A DNA stretch of 64,000 nucleotides. It comes from an uncultured Gemmatimonadales bacterium (lineage in GTDB: Bacteria > Gemmatimonadota > Gemmatimonadetes > Longimicrobiales > RSA9). The notes beneath the pieces were generated by a model. That model did not search any database, was not told where the DNA came from, and was given only the letters and a program-made list of their open reading frames with translations. The stretch spans positions 4,096,001 to 4,160,000 of the forward strand of contig OY970192.1 in the NCBI GenBank assembly GCA_963708135.1. The letters are read 5' to 3'. Each line of letters opens with the position of its first letter. The stretch's first letter is position 1. Both the position numbers and the translations under genes were made by a program. Of this stretch, positions 50,114 through 59,995 are shown piece by piece.

Positions 50114-51226
50114 CTAGTCGAGCAGCCGGAGCGGCATGACGAGGCACAGGTAGTCGGGCGCCGCCCCGCCCTCCCCCACCGGCACCACCGTCGCCGCCCG
50201 CTCCGGCGCCTTGAAGCCCATCTTCACTTCATCCGTCGGCATGTAGCGGAGCACCTCGAGCAGGTAGCTGGCATTGAAGCCGATGTCGAGAGGCTCGCCC
50301 TCGTACTGCACCTCGATCTCCTCCTGGGCTTCGCCCAGGTCCGGAGTCTCGACCGCGAAGCGGAGCACACCGTTGTTGAAGGAGAGCCGAACCCGGTGCG
50401 TCTGCTCGCTCGCCACCACGGCCATGCGGCGCAGCGCCTGCGAGAGCACTCCCTTGTCCACGACCGCGAACCGGTCGTTGTCCTTCGGGATCACCCCCTC
50501 GTAGTTCGGATACGGGCCCTCGATGAGGCGGGTGAAGACGCGCGTGCCGCCGCGGCGGAAGCCGAGGTGGTTCTCGCTCCGCGCCACCTCGATCTCCTCC
50601 TCATCGCCGAACAGCCGGTCCACCTGGGCCAGCGCCTTGGGCGGCACGATCAGCTCGGCCTTCGGCGCGCCGGGCGTCGTGAGCTCGACCGACATGAGCG
50701 CCAGGCGGTGCCCGTTCGTGGCCGCCATGCGCATGTCCTTGTCCCCCAGCTGCCAGTAGACGCCATTCAGGATCGGCCGGCTCTCCTCGGTCGACACCGC
50801 GAACGAAGTCTGCCGGATCAGGTTGCCGAGCGTGCCGCCGGGAATCCTCCAGCGCTCCGAGAAATCCACCGCCGGGAAGGTCGGAAACTCGTCCTTCGGC
50901 ATGCCGTTGAGCTTGAAGCTCGCACGGCCGCAGCTCAACTCGAACCGGTCCCCCCGGGTAGAGATCTTGACCGGGTTCTCCGGCAGCTCGCGGGCGAGCT
51001 CCTGGAGCTTCTTGGCGGGCACCGTCAGGGCGCCCTCCTCCTGCACCTCGGCCGGAACCTCGAGGCCGACCGCGATGTCCAGGTCGGTCCCGCTCATCCG
51101 GACCCCCTCGCCATTGGCCTCGATGAGGATGTTGGAGAGGACGGGCAGGGTGGTCCGCGTCGGGATGCTCGCGCCCACCGAGGCCAGGCCCTGCTGCAGG
51201 TTGTCTCGTGTGATCGTGAATTTCAT
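50114..51226 (-). CDS. dnaN: DNA polymerase III beta sliding clamp
   Basis: TLPVLSNIL, SGTDLD, ESRPILNG, ATNGHRL, RLIEGPYPNY and LVMPLRL. Confidence 0.97.
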   Translation of the reverse strand: MKFTITRDNLQQGLASVGASIPTRTTLPVLSNILIEANGEGVRMSGTDLDIAVGLEVPAEVQEEGALTVPAKKLQELARELPENPVKISTRGDRFELSCGRASFKLNGMPKDEFPTFPAVDFSERWRIPGGTLGNLIRQTSFAVSTEESRPILNGVYWQLGDKDMRMAATNGHRLALMSVELTTPGAPKAELIVPPKALAQVDRLFGDEEEIEVARSENHLGFRRGGTRVFTRLIEGPYPNYEGVIPKDNDRFAVVDKGVLSQALRRMAVVASEQTHRVRLSFNNGVLRFAVETPDLGEAQEEIEVQYEGEPLDIGFNASYLLEVLRYMPTDEVKMGFKAPERAATVVPVGEGGAAPDYLCLVMPLRLLD

Positions 51227-51518
51227 GGACCCCTCACGCTCCGGTTCCCGGCCAGGACTTCTGCACACCCAAGGGAGAAGACTTCAATGGTAAATCTATT
51301 TCCCGTAGTAGTAATAGGCGGTGTGGACTCGTGGATATCCCGATCGGCCGTCCCGGAGCGCTTCTCCCCCACCGCATCGCGCGGCGGGAGGCGATGTGGA
51401 TTCGAGGTGGACGGCGCCACCACTTCCCGCCGGATACCCACATTCCGGGGCCCGCTGTGGAAAGCGGCCCCGTCGTCCACACTCCCTCCACGGGGATATC
51501 CAGCGCTCGCCGGACCCA
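51227..51518. other. oriC: chromosomal replication origin (oriC) candidate
   Basis: dnaA-dnaN intergenic region with an AT-rich stretch, trio tract GTAGTAGTAATAG (51305-51317), GC spacer, tandem degenerate DnaA boxes (51322-51338) and more at 51395, 51434, 51456 and 51473. Confidence 0.8.
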
Positions 51519-52934
51519 TCATCCCAGCAGCTCCCGGCGCACCCCGTCCACCTTCTCGCGGAAGCGGGGATCGGCGGCCATGTCCTCCTCCACCTTCTGG
51601 ACCGAGTGGATCACCGTCGAATGGTCGCGGCCGCCGAACAGCCTGCCGATCTCGACCAGCGGCAGGTCGAGCATCTCGCGGATCAGGTACATGGACACCT
51701 GCCGCGGCACCGTCAGCTCCTTCGTTCGCTTCTTCGAGACGAGGCCCTCTACCGCCACCTTCCACCGCTCTGCGACGCGCGCGCGAATCCCCTCCCCGGT
51801 CAGCTCGGCCGCGGCGCCGCCGCCACTCAGCACCTGGCCGAGAGCGTCGCGCGCCAGCTCGATCGTGATCTCGCGCCGGGTCAGCGAGGAGTAGGCGAGC
51901 AGCTTGATGATCGCCCCCTCCAGCTCGCGCACGTTCGACCGGCAGTTGCGCGCGATGAACTGCAGCACCTCATCCGCCAGCACCAGCTGGTCCTCCTCCG
52001 CCTTCTTGCGGAGGATCGCCTCGCGCGTCTCGAGGTCCGGCGGCTTGATATCGGTGACGAGACCCCACTCGAAGCGCGAGACCAGGCGCTCCTCCAGGCC
52101 AGGGATCTCCTTCGGCGGCCGGTCGCTCGTCAGCACGATCTGGCGCTGCGCATCGTGCAGCGCGTTGAACGTGTGGAAGAACTCCTCCTGCGTGCGCTCC
52201 TTCTCGCCCAGGAAGTGGATGTCGTCGATCAGCAGCAGGTCGATCTCCCGGTAGCGACGCCGGAAATCCGCCGTCGTCCCCTCCTGGATCGCCGAGATCA
52301 TGTCGTTCGTGAACCGCTCGCTCGAGACGTACGCTACCCGCTTCGACGGATCGCGCCGCAGGATGTCGTGGCCGATCGCGTGCATGAGGTGCGTCTTCCC
52401 CAGCCCCACGCCGCCGTAGATGAAGAGCGGGTTGTACATCCGTGCCGGCGCATCCGCCACCGCCCGGCAGGCGGCCGCCGAGAGCTGGTTGTTGCTCCCC
52501 ACCACGAAGCGCTCGAAGCTGTAGCGCTCGTTCAGTGGCGAGCCGATCACCGTGCGCGCCGGGCGCAGTCCCGTGGCCGCTGGCCTCGCCGCCGCCGTTG
52601 CCGCTTCGGCCGCCATCGGCGCGTGCTCGCCGGCATATCCGGTCGGCCGCTCGCCTGGAAGCGGCCGCCGCGCCGCCGCCTCCCGCGGCCGGTGCTGGAA
52701 CGACAGCATGAGCCGCCTGCCGAGGACCTGCTCCGCCAGCTCCGTCAACAGCCTGCCGTACTTGTCCTCGATCCACTCCGCCGCGAACTCGCTGTGCACC
52801 GCCACGGCCAGCAGGTCCTGCGAGAGCGCCACCGGCTCCGAGTTGCCGAGGAACGTGCGGAAGCTCTGGTCCGGCAGCGTCGTGCGAGCACGCTCCAGAA
52901 TGCGGGACCAGGCTTCTTCGGCGGTGAACTCCAT
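51519..52934 (-). CDS. dnaA: chromosomal replication initiator DnaA
   Basis: [44 protein letters not shown] and GGRDHSTV. Confidence 0.98.
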   Translation of the reverse strand: MEFTAEEAWSRILERARTTLPDQSFRTFLGNSEPVALSQDLLAVAVHSEFAAEWIEDKYGRLLTELAEQVLGRRLMLSFQHRPREAAARRPLPGERPTGYAGEHAPMAAEAATAAARPAATGLRPARTVIGSPLNERYSFERFVVGSNNQLSAAACRAVADAPARMYNPLFIYGGVGLGKTHLMHAIGHDILRRDPSKRVAYVSSERFTNDMISAIQEGTTADFRRRYREIDLLLIDDIHFLGEKERTQEEFFHTFNALHDAQRQIVLTSDRPPKEIPGLEERLVSRFEWGLVTDIKPPDLETREAILRKKAEEDQLVLADEVLQFIARNCRSNVRELEGAIIKLLAYSSLTRREITIELARDALGQVLSGGGAAAELTGEGIRARVAERWKVAVEGLVSKKRTKELTVPRQVSMYLIREMLDLPLVEIGRLFGGRDHSTVIHSVQKVEEDMAADPRFREKVDGVRRELLG

Positions 52935-52985
52935 TGGCGTCTTCGAATCAGGAGGCCGGGTGGGCTGTGCAATGGCGCGGGGCGG

Positions 52986-53014
52986 AAGCTAGAGATCGGA
53001 TGTGGATAAGTCAA
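52986..53014 (-). promoter_or_regulatory. dnaA promoter containing a perfect DnaA box
   Basis: Minus strand TTGACT-17-TAGCTT; TGTGGATAA at 53001-53009. Confidence 0.7.
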
Positions 53015-53072
53015 CGCCGCCCGGATGCGATCTGCACGCCGGCGGGCGCGCGTCCGGGCGGGTGGCGCGTGC

Positions 53073-53102
53073 TTGACCAGGAGACGCAAAACGGGTTATA
53101 GT
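53073..53102 (+). promoter_or_regulatory. rpmH operon promoter
   Basis: TTGACC-18-TATAGT. Confidence 0.6.
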
Positions 53103-53144
53103 GTAAGGCTCTGGAACACCGGCAAACGATCCCTGGAGTGACTC

Positions 53145-53297
53145 ATGGGCCAGCCCACCTACCGGCCGCACAACCGCAAGCGCAAGAACAAGCACGGGTT
53201 CCGCGCGCGCATGAGCACGCGTGGCGGACGCGACGTGCTGAACCGGCGGCGCAAGAAGGGGCGGAAGCGGCTCGTCGTCACGATCGGGACGAAGTAG
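53145..53297 (+). CDS. rpmH: 50S ribosomal protein L34
   Basis: Manual translation: [50 protein letters not shown]. Confidence 0.97.
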   Translation: MGQPTYRPHNRKRKNKHGFRARMSTRGGRDVLNRRRKKGRKRLVVTIGTK

Positions 53298-53311
53298 CCG
53301 GCGCGAGGCGT

Positions 53312-53701
53312 GTGCCGGCGCCGGGGGAGAGCGCGGGGGAGGCGCGGCGCCTGCCCAGGGCGCGCAGGATCACCCGGAGCCGAGAGATCCGCACCCTCTT
53401 TCAACGGGGGAGGAGGAGCAGGACGGCCCACCTGGACGTCTTCGACTCCGCTTCCCCCGTGGCGCATCCGCGGGTGGGGGTTGTGGTAGGCAAGCACCGG
53501 CACGGCTCGGTCGAGCGAAACCGCGTGAAGCGGCGGCTGCGCGAGGCGCTCCGGAACGAGGTGCTGCCGCGGCTCGGAGACGCCGGGCTCGTGCTGGACG
53601 TGCTGGTGCGGGCGCGGCGCGAGGCGTACGATGCGGGGTACGCGGAACTGAGGGACGAGCTGACGGCGTGGGTGGAGGGGCGATGCTCGCGCGTCTCATG
53701 A
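53312..53701 (+). CDS. rnpA: ribonuclease P protein component
   Basis: RVGVVVGK and [13 protein letters not shown] (RNR motif); position after rpmH. Confidence 0.93.
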   Translation: MPAPGESAGEARRLPRARRITRSREIRTLFQRGRRSRTAHLDVFDSASPVAHPRVGVVVGKHRHGSVERNRVKRRLREALRNEVLPRLGDAGLVLDVLVRARREAYDAGYAELRDELTAWVEGRCSRVS

Positions 53702-53895
53702 TCGGCATGCTGCGAGGCTACAAGCGCTGGATCTCGCCCGCGCTTCCGCCGTCGTGCCGCTATACGCCGACCTGCTCGGAGTACGCCATGGAGGCCATCG
53801 AGAGGCACGGGGCGGCCCGCGGTGCCTGGCTCGGCTTCCGTCGCCTCATGCGCTGTCACCCGTGGGGTGGCAAGGGCTACGACCCGGTTCCGTAG
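53683..53895 (+). CDS. yidD: membrane protein insertion efficiency factor
   Basis: [28 protein letters not shown]. Confidence 0.95.
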   Translation: MLARLMIGMLRGYKRWISPALPPSCRYTPTCSEYAMEAIERHGAARGAWLGFRRLMRCHPWGGKGYDPVP

Positions 53896-53955
53896 CGGAC
53901 GGAGCGGCACCCGCGGGCGCCGACGCATCCACTCAGCGCGGACGGACTGCAGTCG

Positions 53956-55695
53956 ATGGACAGCGCACGATTCATCCTGGCGATCGTCCTCATGATCGCC
54001 GTGATCTTCTTGACGAACCTGCTCTTCCCGCCGCCGAAGCGGCCGGCGAAGGGGCCGGCGGAGGCCACGGCCCCGTCCGCCGTGCCGGCGGGATCCGTCG
54101 CCGCCACCGCCTCCCGGGCCACGGCGCCGCCGCCCGCGCCGCCCGCGCCGCAGGAGAGCACCGCCACCGCCGCGCCGGCATCGACGCCCGCGGCCCCTGC
54201 GGCGCAGCCGGTGCTCAGGGCAGCGCCGGCGGTCATCGTCGAATCCCCGCTCTACCGCTACGCCATCAGCCGCCTCGGCGGGGCCATCACCTCGGCCGAG
54301 CTGCTGGAGTACAAGTCCTTCACGCGCGAGGGGCCGGTCCAGCTGGTGGCGGATGACATGGGCCCGCTCGTGAGCTACAGGGTGCGGGTCGGCACGCGCG
54401 TGGTCGATCTCCGGAACGCGGATTTCCAGGTGCAGGGCCGCAACCCGGCGGCGGATTCGCCGGCGGTGTCGCCTCTGACGCTGGAGGTGGCGGGCGGCCA
54501 GGCGCCGGTGACCGTTCGGATGGTGCACCGCGACACGGCGTATTCCGCGGAGCTCGACTACACCTTCGCCCCGGACCGCTACCTGGTGCAGGTGCGGGGA
54601 CGGATCCAGGTAGCGGGGGAGAGCGGCCCCGAGGTGCTGATAGATCTCGGACCCACCCTGGCCACCAACGAGGCGGAGCCGGCCGAGGACTACCGGAGCC
54701 TGGCCTACGTCGTGGACAACACGCTCAACGGGATCGACAGCCGGTCGCTCGACAAGGTGAAGGAGCAGCAGATCGAGGAAGGCCCGCTTGCCTGGGTGGC
54801 CGTCAAGAACAAGTACTTCCTGCTCGCTGCGCTGGCGCCGTCCGACTCAGCGAGCCACGCCTTCGGCGGACTCATCGCGCGCCCTTTCGGCGCGCCGCAC
54901 GCGGCGCTCCTCACGGCGACGATCCCCGCTTCGGCCGGCGGCGGCTTCGCGTACGACCTGTACATGGGCCCCCAGGAGTACAACCGGCTGGCCGCGATCG
55001 ACCGCGACATCCAGGACGTCAACCCGTACGGCTGGCGCTTCCTGCGCCCCGTGATCCGGCCGCTCGCGCACGTCATCACCTGGGCGGTGCTCGCGATGCA
55101 CCGCATTCTCGCCGTCGGCTACGGCTGGATCCTGATCCTGTTCGGGGTCCTCGTGCGCCTGCTGCTCTGGCCGCTGAATGCGAAGGCGATGCGCTCCCAG
55201 CTCAAGAACATGGAGCTGCAGCCGCGGATCAAGGAGATCCAGGAGAAGTACAAGAACGAGCCCGAGAAGCTGCAGAAGGAGATGCTCCGGCTCTACAAGG
55301 AAGAGGGCTTCAACCCCCTCGGCGGCTGCCTGCCGATGCTGATCCCCTTCCCGGTGCTCATCACGCTGTACTACGTCTTCCAGGCGACAATCGAGTTCCG
55401 CGGGGTCCCGTTCCTGTGGCTGCCCGACCTCGCGCGCGCCGACCCGCTCTACATCCTGCCGATCCTGCTCGGCGTCAGCATGTTCGCGCTGCAGTGGCTG
55501 GGGACGCGCACGACGCAGCAGTCGAACCCGCAGATGAAGATGATGATGTACTTCATGCCCATCTTCATGACCGTCATCTTCCTCAAGCTGGCCTCGGGAT
55601 TGAACCTCTACTACGCGGCCTCCAACATCGCGTCCATCCCGCAGCAGATCCAGATCGTGCGCGAGAGGGCGGCCATCCAGAACCGGCGCACCTGA
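53956..55695 (+). CDS. yidC: membrane protein insertase
   Basis: N-terminal TM, periplasmic domain, LLLWPL, NPLGGCLP and FLWLPDL..DP.YILP. Confidence 0.96.
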   Translation: MDSARFILAIVLMIAVIFLTNLLFPPPKRPAKGPAEATAPSAVPAGSVAATASRATAPPPAPPAPQESTATAAPASTPAAPAAQPVLRAAPAVIVESPLYRYAISRLGGAITSAELLEYKSFTREGPVQLVADDMGPLVSYRVRVGTRVVDLRNADFQVQGRNPAADSPAVSPLTLEVAGGQAPVTVRMVHRDTAYSAELDYTFAPDRYLVQVRGRIQVAGESGPEVLIDLGPTLATNEAEPAEDYRSLAYVVDNTLNGIDSRSLDKVKEQQIEEGPLAWVAVKNKYFLLAALAPSDSASHAFGGLIARPFGAPHAALLTATIPASAGGGFAYDLYMGPQEYNRLAAIDRDIQDVNPYGWRFLRPVIRPLAHVITWAVLAMHRILAVGYGWILILFGVLVRLLLWPLNAKAMRSQLKNMELQPRIKEIQEKYKNEPEKLQKEMLRLYKEEGFNPLGGCLPMLIPFPVLITLYYVFQATIEFRGVPFLWLPDLARADPLYILPILLGVSMFALQWLGTRTTQQSNPQMKMMMYFMPIFMTVIFLKLASGLNLYYAASNIASIPQQIQIVRERAAIQNRRT

Positions 55696-55723
55696 GCCGC
55701 AGGGGGTCCGGCCTTCTTCTAGA

Positions 55724-56065
55724 CTAGCCCACGATCCGGAACGGCCACGGTAGGTCGCCCCCGGAGGCCGGGACCTCCTCCACCCGCACGACGGCTGCGG
55801 CCGGCGGGCCGGCCCGGAGCCGCTCGCGCAGCTCCGCGATCGCTTCGTCGCTCCCACCCACCTCCAGCTCCACGCTGCCATCGGCGGCGTTCCGCACGGT
55901 GCCGGAAAGGCGCAGCTCCCGCGCCTGCTGGCTCGCCCACCATCGGAAGCCCACTCCCTGCACGCGCCCCGTCACCCGGAACCTCTGCCGCACCGCTCCC
56001 CCTTGCGGCGCCCGCTCACCGCGGATCGCGCCGGCACGGCCGGAGCTCTCGCGGCGCGCGGGCAC
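55724..56065 (-). CDS. acyP: acylphosphatase
   Basis: VTGRVQGVGFR, GTVRN.DGSVE and GPPAA. Start uncertain. Confidence 0.88.
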   Translation of the reverse strand: MPARRESSGRAGAIRGERAPQGGAVRQRFRVTGRVQGVGFRWWASQQARELRLSGTVRNAADGSVELEVGGSDEAIAELRERLRAGPPAAAVVRVEEVPASGGDLPWPFRIVG

Positions 56066-56069
56066 CGGA

Positions 56070-56558
56070 TCAGGCCGTCAGCTCGCGCCGGAAGTCACGC
56101 ACCTCGCGTTTCGCCCAGCGCGAGTCGGCTCGCAGCGTTCGGATCGTGGACTCCGGGCGCAATGCGTTGCGCTTCAGGTCCTTCGCCGCCGCGAGCGCCA
56201 GGAAGCCGCCGCACAGCGTGAGGAGTGCCCCGATGATGAGCGCGCTGAGCCAGTAGTTGTCGCCGAGCAGCTCGCCGAAGATGATGATCGCGAATGTCGT
56301 GAGCGCCAGCCCGCCAACGGCGAGAAGGCTCACTGCAATGGCGAGTTTCACGACGTCCGTGACGGCCGCGCCCGCCATCTCCCGCACCTCGAGCTTCGCC
56401 AGCGCGACCTCCTGCCGCAACAGGCGCGTGCTCTGCTCTCCCAGGTCGCGGATCAGGTCCGCGATCGTCTCGCCCGCGCGGTCGCGTCCGCTCGGGGCCG
56501 CGCGCCCGTCCCCGGCCGCTCCGGCCGAGGCAGTGGATGTGCTCGTTTCCGTGGCCAT
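56070..56558 (-). CDS. phage-holin-like membrane protein (DUF1469/YhjD-like)
   Basis: LLRQEVALAKLE followed by two TM helices, then PESTIRTLRAD. Confidence 0.8.
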   Translation of the reverse strand: MATETSTSTASAGAAGDGRAAPSGRDRAGETIADLIRDLGEQSTRLLRQEVALAKLEVREMAGAAVTDVVKLAIAVSLLAVGGLALTTFAIIIFGELLGDNYWLSALIIGALLTLCGGFLALAAAKDLKRNALRPESTIRTLRADSRWAKREVRDFRRELTA

Positions 56559-56769
56559 GGTCCTCCGGCTCCGTCGATTCAGGGGCGGCGCCTCGCGCCC
56601 TGTGCGCCGCGGTCGCGGTCGGGCGGAACGCCGGGGGAGAGGGGTGCAACGCGTGTGCCGGGAGCGCGGCTGCACCTCCTCAGTCGCGCGCGGTTCCGTG
56701 GCCGCGGGGTCGGACCGGGCGGTTTGCGGTGGGGGGGCAGCTGGCGGTAACCCGAATAAAACCCGAATA

Positions 56770-56785
56770 TGTTTCACGTGGAACG
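56770..56785. promoter_or_regulatory. parS: parS site 1
   Basis: TGTTTCACGTGGAACG, close to the consensus TGTTTCACGTGAAACA. Confidence 0.85.
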
Positions 56786-56891
56786 CGTCCCCGGCGCGCC
56801 TGGCTTGCCGCGAGAGGAAAGGGCCGGAGAAGCGCCCGGGGCATTCCCTCGGCGCCCGCGCCTCCGGGCGGGGGAGGCGAGAGGCGGGGGA

Positions 56892-57017
56892 GGCGAGAGG
56901 CGAGAGGCGAGAGGCGAGAGGCGAGAGGCGAGAGGCGAGGGGCGAGGGGCGAGGGGCGAGGGGCGAGGGGCGAGGGGCGAGGGGCGAGGGGCGAGGGGCG
57001 AGGGGCGAGGGGCGAGG
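56892..57017 (+). repeat. heptamer tandem array (GGCGAGA)6(GGCGAGG)12
   Basis: Read directly from the sequence; 18 contiguous units. Confidence 0.95.
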
Positions 57018-57382
57018 AGAGCGCGGCGGAGGGCGCACCGACAGCCAGCCCGCGGGTGTAGGGACCAGTGGAGGCGGAGCACCCGGGCCCACGGGTCGGG
57101 CTGCTGCCGGCAAAGATGCGGACAGGGGAGCGGACGGCGCGGAGGGAATTGAGTGCGAGGCGGACGCGGCGGAGGTCGCGCTATCCGCGGTCGGCAGCCC
57201 GTGCTTCCGATGTTCGCGGTTCGCGCGCGGAAGGAAGGCCGCCGGCGCGGCGAGGATCGACCCGCCCTGTCACTCCCGCACCCGCCGCTGGCGCCTGCGT
57301 CTGGCATTTCCGCATGGGCGCCGCCGCCCCTCCCTTGCGCCGGGGCCGTGCTTCCTGCGCCGCAGGGCAGAGCGGCGGCATC

Positions 57383-57398
57383 TGTTTCACGTGAAACA
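57383..57398. promoter_or_regulatory. parS: parS site 2
   Basis: Perfect palindrome TGTTTCACGTGAAACA. Confidence 0.93.
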
Positions 57399-57411
57399 CG
57401 TCGCGTCGCTC

Positions 57412-57897
57412 TCAGCGCTTCTCGAGCGCCGCCGTCACCGTTGCCGGCACCGTCGTGCCGTGGAACGACCACGCGGACTCCTCCCGGAACGAGAGGCGCA
57501 GCAGGCTGCCGTCCAGAACGTAGCCCACCGTGTCCGCGGCCCCTCCGCCGGAAATGATCAGGTTGCCGCTCTCGGCGCGCGCCGTGCCCGCGACGGTCGT
57601 GTCGTTCACCGGGCTGAGCAGTTGCAGCTGCGCCGCCCCGTTTCCTGACAGGGTGAGGTACACGGAGGCAAGGCCCTGCGCGACCAGGTTGATCGTGTCG
57701 GCGGCGTTCGAGGTCGAGTGCAGCGTCAGGCCGCAGCCGTCCGCCACACAGTTGCCATCCGCCGCCCAGGAGCCGACCAGCTCCGCCGGCACCCCCGAGG
57801 TCGGGCCCGTCCCATCGCCGCCTCCGCAGGCGGCGAGGAGCAGGGCGCCGAGGCAGCCGGCGACGGCGGACACGGAGAAGCGAACGGCAAAGCGCAT
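57412..57897 (-). CDS. hypothetical lipoprotein (lipocalin-like beta-rich)
   Basis: RBS AGGAG, lipobox LLAAC and 'LVGSW'. Confidence 0.7.
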   Translation of the reverse strand: MRFAVRFSVSAVAGCLGALLLAACGGGDGTGPTSGVPAELVGSWAADGNCVADGCGLTLHSTSNAADTINLVAQGLASVYLTLSGNGAAQLQLLSPVNDTTVAGTARAESGNLIISGGGAADTVGYVLDGSLLRLSFREESAWSFHGTTVPATVTAALEKR

Positions 57898-58192
57898 GGC
57901 GGCTCCTGAAAGAGGTGGACGTCACAATCTCCGCGTCCACGGCGGCAGGGTCAAGGCGCCACTCGCCCCATCCCGCTATCGCGGCGCCCCCGCCGGGCGC
58001 GCACGAACGCGCCTGCCCGTCACGCGCCGCGTGGACCCAATTGGCGAACCCGCTCGAGGTCAGGGCGGCAAACCTGGTCAGGGAGGCCACCGTCGAATGC
58101 GGTCGCGCGCGCGAGGGCACGGCCGGGACGTTTTGCGAGCGGCAAGCCGCGGAGGCCGAGGTCGCGCGGGCGGTCGTTGCGGCCGCGCGTTC

Positions 58193-58221
58193 TTTACCGG
58201 CCCCTCCAGCGGGGATATATT
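58193..58221 (+). promoter_or_regulatory. parAB promoter candidate
   Basis: TTTACC-17-TATATT. Confidence 0.55.
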
Positions 58222-58259
58222 GGGCCTCCCGCGACGGTCTCACTGAAGCGCCGAGGCGC

Positions 58260-59085
58260 ATGTCCCGCATCATCGCGATCGCGAACCAGAAGGGCGGAGT
58301 GGGCAAGACCACGACCGCGATCAACCTCGGCGCCTGCCTGGCGGTCGCCGAGAAGCGTACGCTCCTGATCGACATGGACCCGCAGGGGAACGCCACCAGC
58401 GGGGTCGGCGTGGACAAGGCTTCGGTCGCCCGGACGGTCTACGATGTCCTGGTTGACGGGGCACCGCTCGATTCGGCCATCGTGTCGGAGGTCCATTTCC
58501 CGTACCTGGACGTGGTGCCCTCGAGCCAGGACCTGGTGGGCGCGGAGGTCGAGCTCGTGGACCGGCCGGAACGCGAGATGATGCTGAGGCGGGCCCTGCG
58601 GTCGGTTCGGGACCAGTACGACTTCGTACTCGTGGACTGTCCCCCTTCGCTGGGGCTGCTGACGCTCAACACGCTGTCGGCCGCGGACGCGGTGCTGATC
58701 CCGATCCAGTGCGAGTTCTACGCGCTCGAGGGGCTGTCACAGCTTCTGAACACGGTGCGGCTGGTCCAGCGTAACCTCAATCCTCGCTTACAGATAGACG
58801 GTGTTCTGCTGACCATGTACGATCAGCGCCTGAATCTGTCGAAGCAGGTGGCGGACGAGGCGAAGGAGTACTTCGGCAGTCGGGTCTACCGGACGGCGAT
58901 CCCGCGAAACGTGAGGCTGGCGGAGGCGCCGAGCTTCGGGAAGCCGATCGTCCTGTACGACATTCTGTTCAACGGGGGCGCAGAGCTACCTCGCCCTGGC
59001 GCGAGAGGTGATCGCGCGGGGCAAGGCACCGCAGGTGAACCCCGCGTCCGGGCACGACGGCGACCGTCGTGCGACGGCGGACTGA
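58260..59085 (+). CDS. parA: chromosome partitioning ATPase ParA/Soj (one-base frameshift near 58968)
   Basis: [26 protein letters not shown] and [12 protein letters not shown]. The conserved tail '[14 protein letters not shown]' continues in the +1 frame to TGA at 59085. Confidence 0.93.
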
Positions 59086-59089
59086 ATCA

Positions 59090-59983
59090 ATGGCGCGGCG
59101 AGACCGGCTCGGGAAGGGGCTCGGCGCCCTGCTGGGGGAATACCTCGGCGAGGACGGCCCGGGAGAGGCGGGCTCCTCGCGAAAGATCGCGGTGTCCGCG
59201 ATCGCGCCGAACCCGTTCCAGCCGCGGCGCGAGTTCTCGGACGAGGAGTTGTCGGAGCTGGCGGCGTCGATCCGGGAGAACGGGCTGCTGCAGCCGATCG
59301 TGGTGCGTCCTGCGCCGGAGGGGACGGGGAGCGAATGGGAGCTGGTGGCGGGAGAGCGGCGCTGGCGCGCCGTGACGCGGCTGGGCTGGCGAGAGGTTCC
59401 GGCGATCACGCGAGAGGTGGACGACCGGACGCTCCTGGTGCTCGCGCTGGTGGAGAACCTGCAGCGCTCGGGGCTGAACGCACTGGAGGAGGCCGAGGGC
59501 TACCAACGTCTACAGGAGGAGTTCAAGCTGTCGCACCAGAGCATCGCCGAGGCGGTCGGGAAGGACCGCTCGACGGTGACGAACACGCTGCGCCTGCTGC
59601 AGCTTCCGTCCTCCGTCCGCCGCCTGGTGGCGGCGGGGCGGCTCAGCGCGGGGCACGCGCGTGCGCTGCTGGGGGCGGGGAACGAGCATCGCATGGCGGA
59701 TCTGGCCCGGAAGGCGGCGGAGGAGGGGTGGAGCGTCCGCGACATGGAAGCGCGCGTGCAGGGCGCCCGTCCGGCCGCCCGGGGTCGGCGTGCCGCGCGG
59801 CCGCGGCCGGCGGCGGAGCAGCAGCTGGAGGATGAGCTCCAGCGCAGGCTAGGCACGCCTGCGCGGATCCGGCCAAGCAGGGGCGGCAAGGGTCGAATCG
59901 AGATTCCGTACTACAGCGCGGATGATTTCGAGCGGCTGTTCGAGCTGCTGGTCGGGAAGGCCGCCACCGACGTGGTTTCCTGA
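59090..59983 (+). CDS. parB: chromosome partitioning protein ParB/Spo0J
   Basis: [29 protein letters not shown] and HTH '[13 protein letters not shown]'. Confidence 0.97.
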   Translation: MARRDRLGKGLGALLGEYLGEDGPGEAGSSRKIAVSAIAPNPFQPRREFSDEELSELAASIRENGLLQPIVVRPAPEGTGSEWELVAGERRWRAVTRLGWREVPAITREVDDRTLLVLALVENLQRSGLNALEEAEGYQRLQEEFKLSHQSIAEAVGKDRSTVTNTLRLLQLPSSVRRLVAAGRLSAGHARALLGAGNEHRMADLARKAAEEGWSVRDMEARVQGARPAARGRRAARPRPAAEQQLEDELQRRLGTPARIRPSRGGKGRIEIPYYSADDFERLFELLVGKAATDVVS

Positions 59984-59995
59984 AGCGGGCGGGGC

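Noticed and set aside
56070..56558. Prophage indicated by the holin-like gene
   Set aside because: This family is common in non-phage contexts, and no other phage genes are present.
56769..57152. ORFs translating the heptamer array (ARGEGRG or PRPSPLA repeats)
   Set aside because: Products of the microsatellite; they overlap parS and lack other coding signal.
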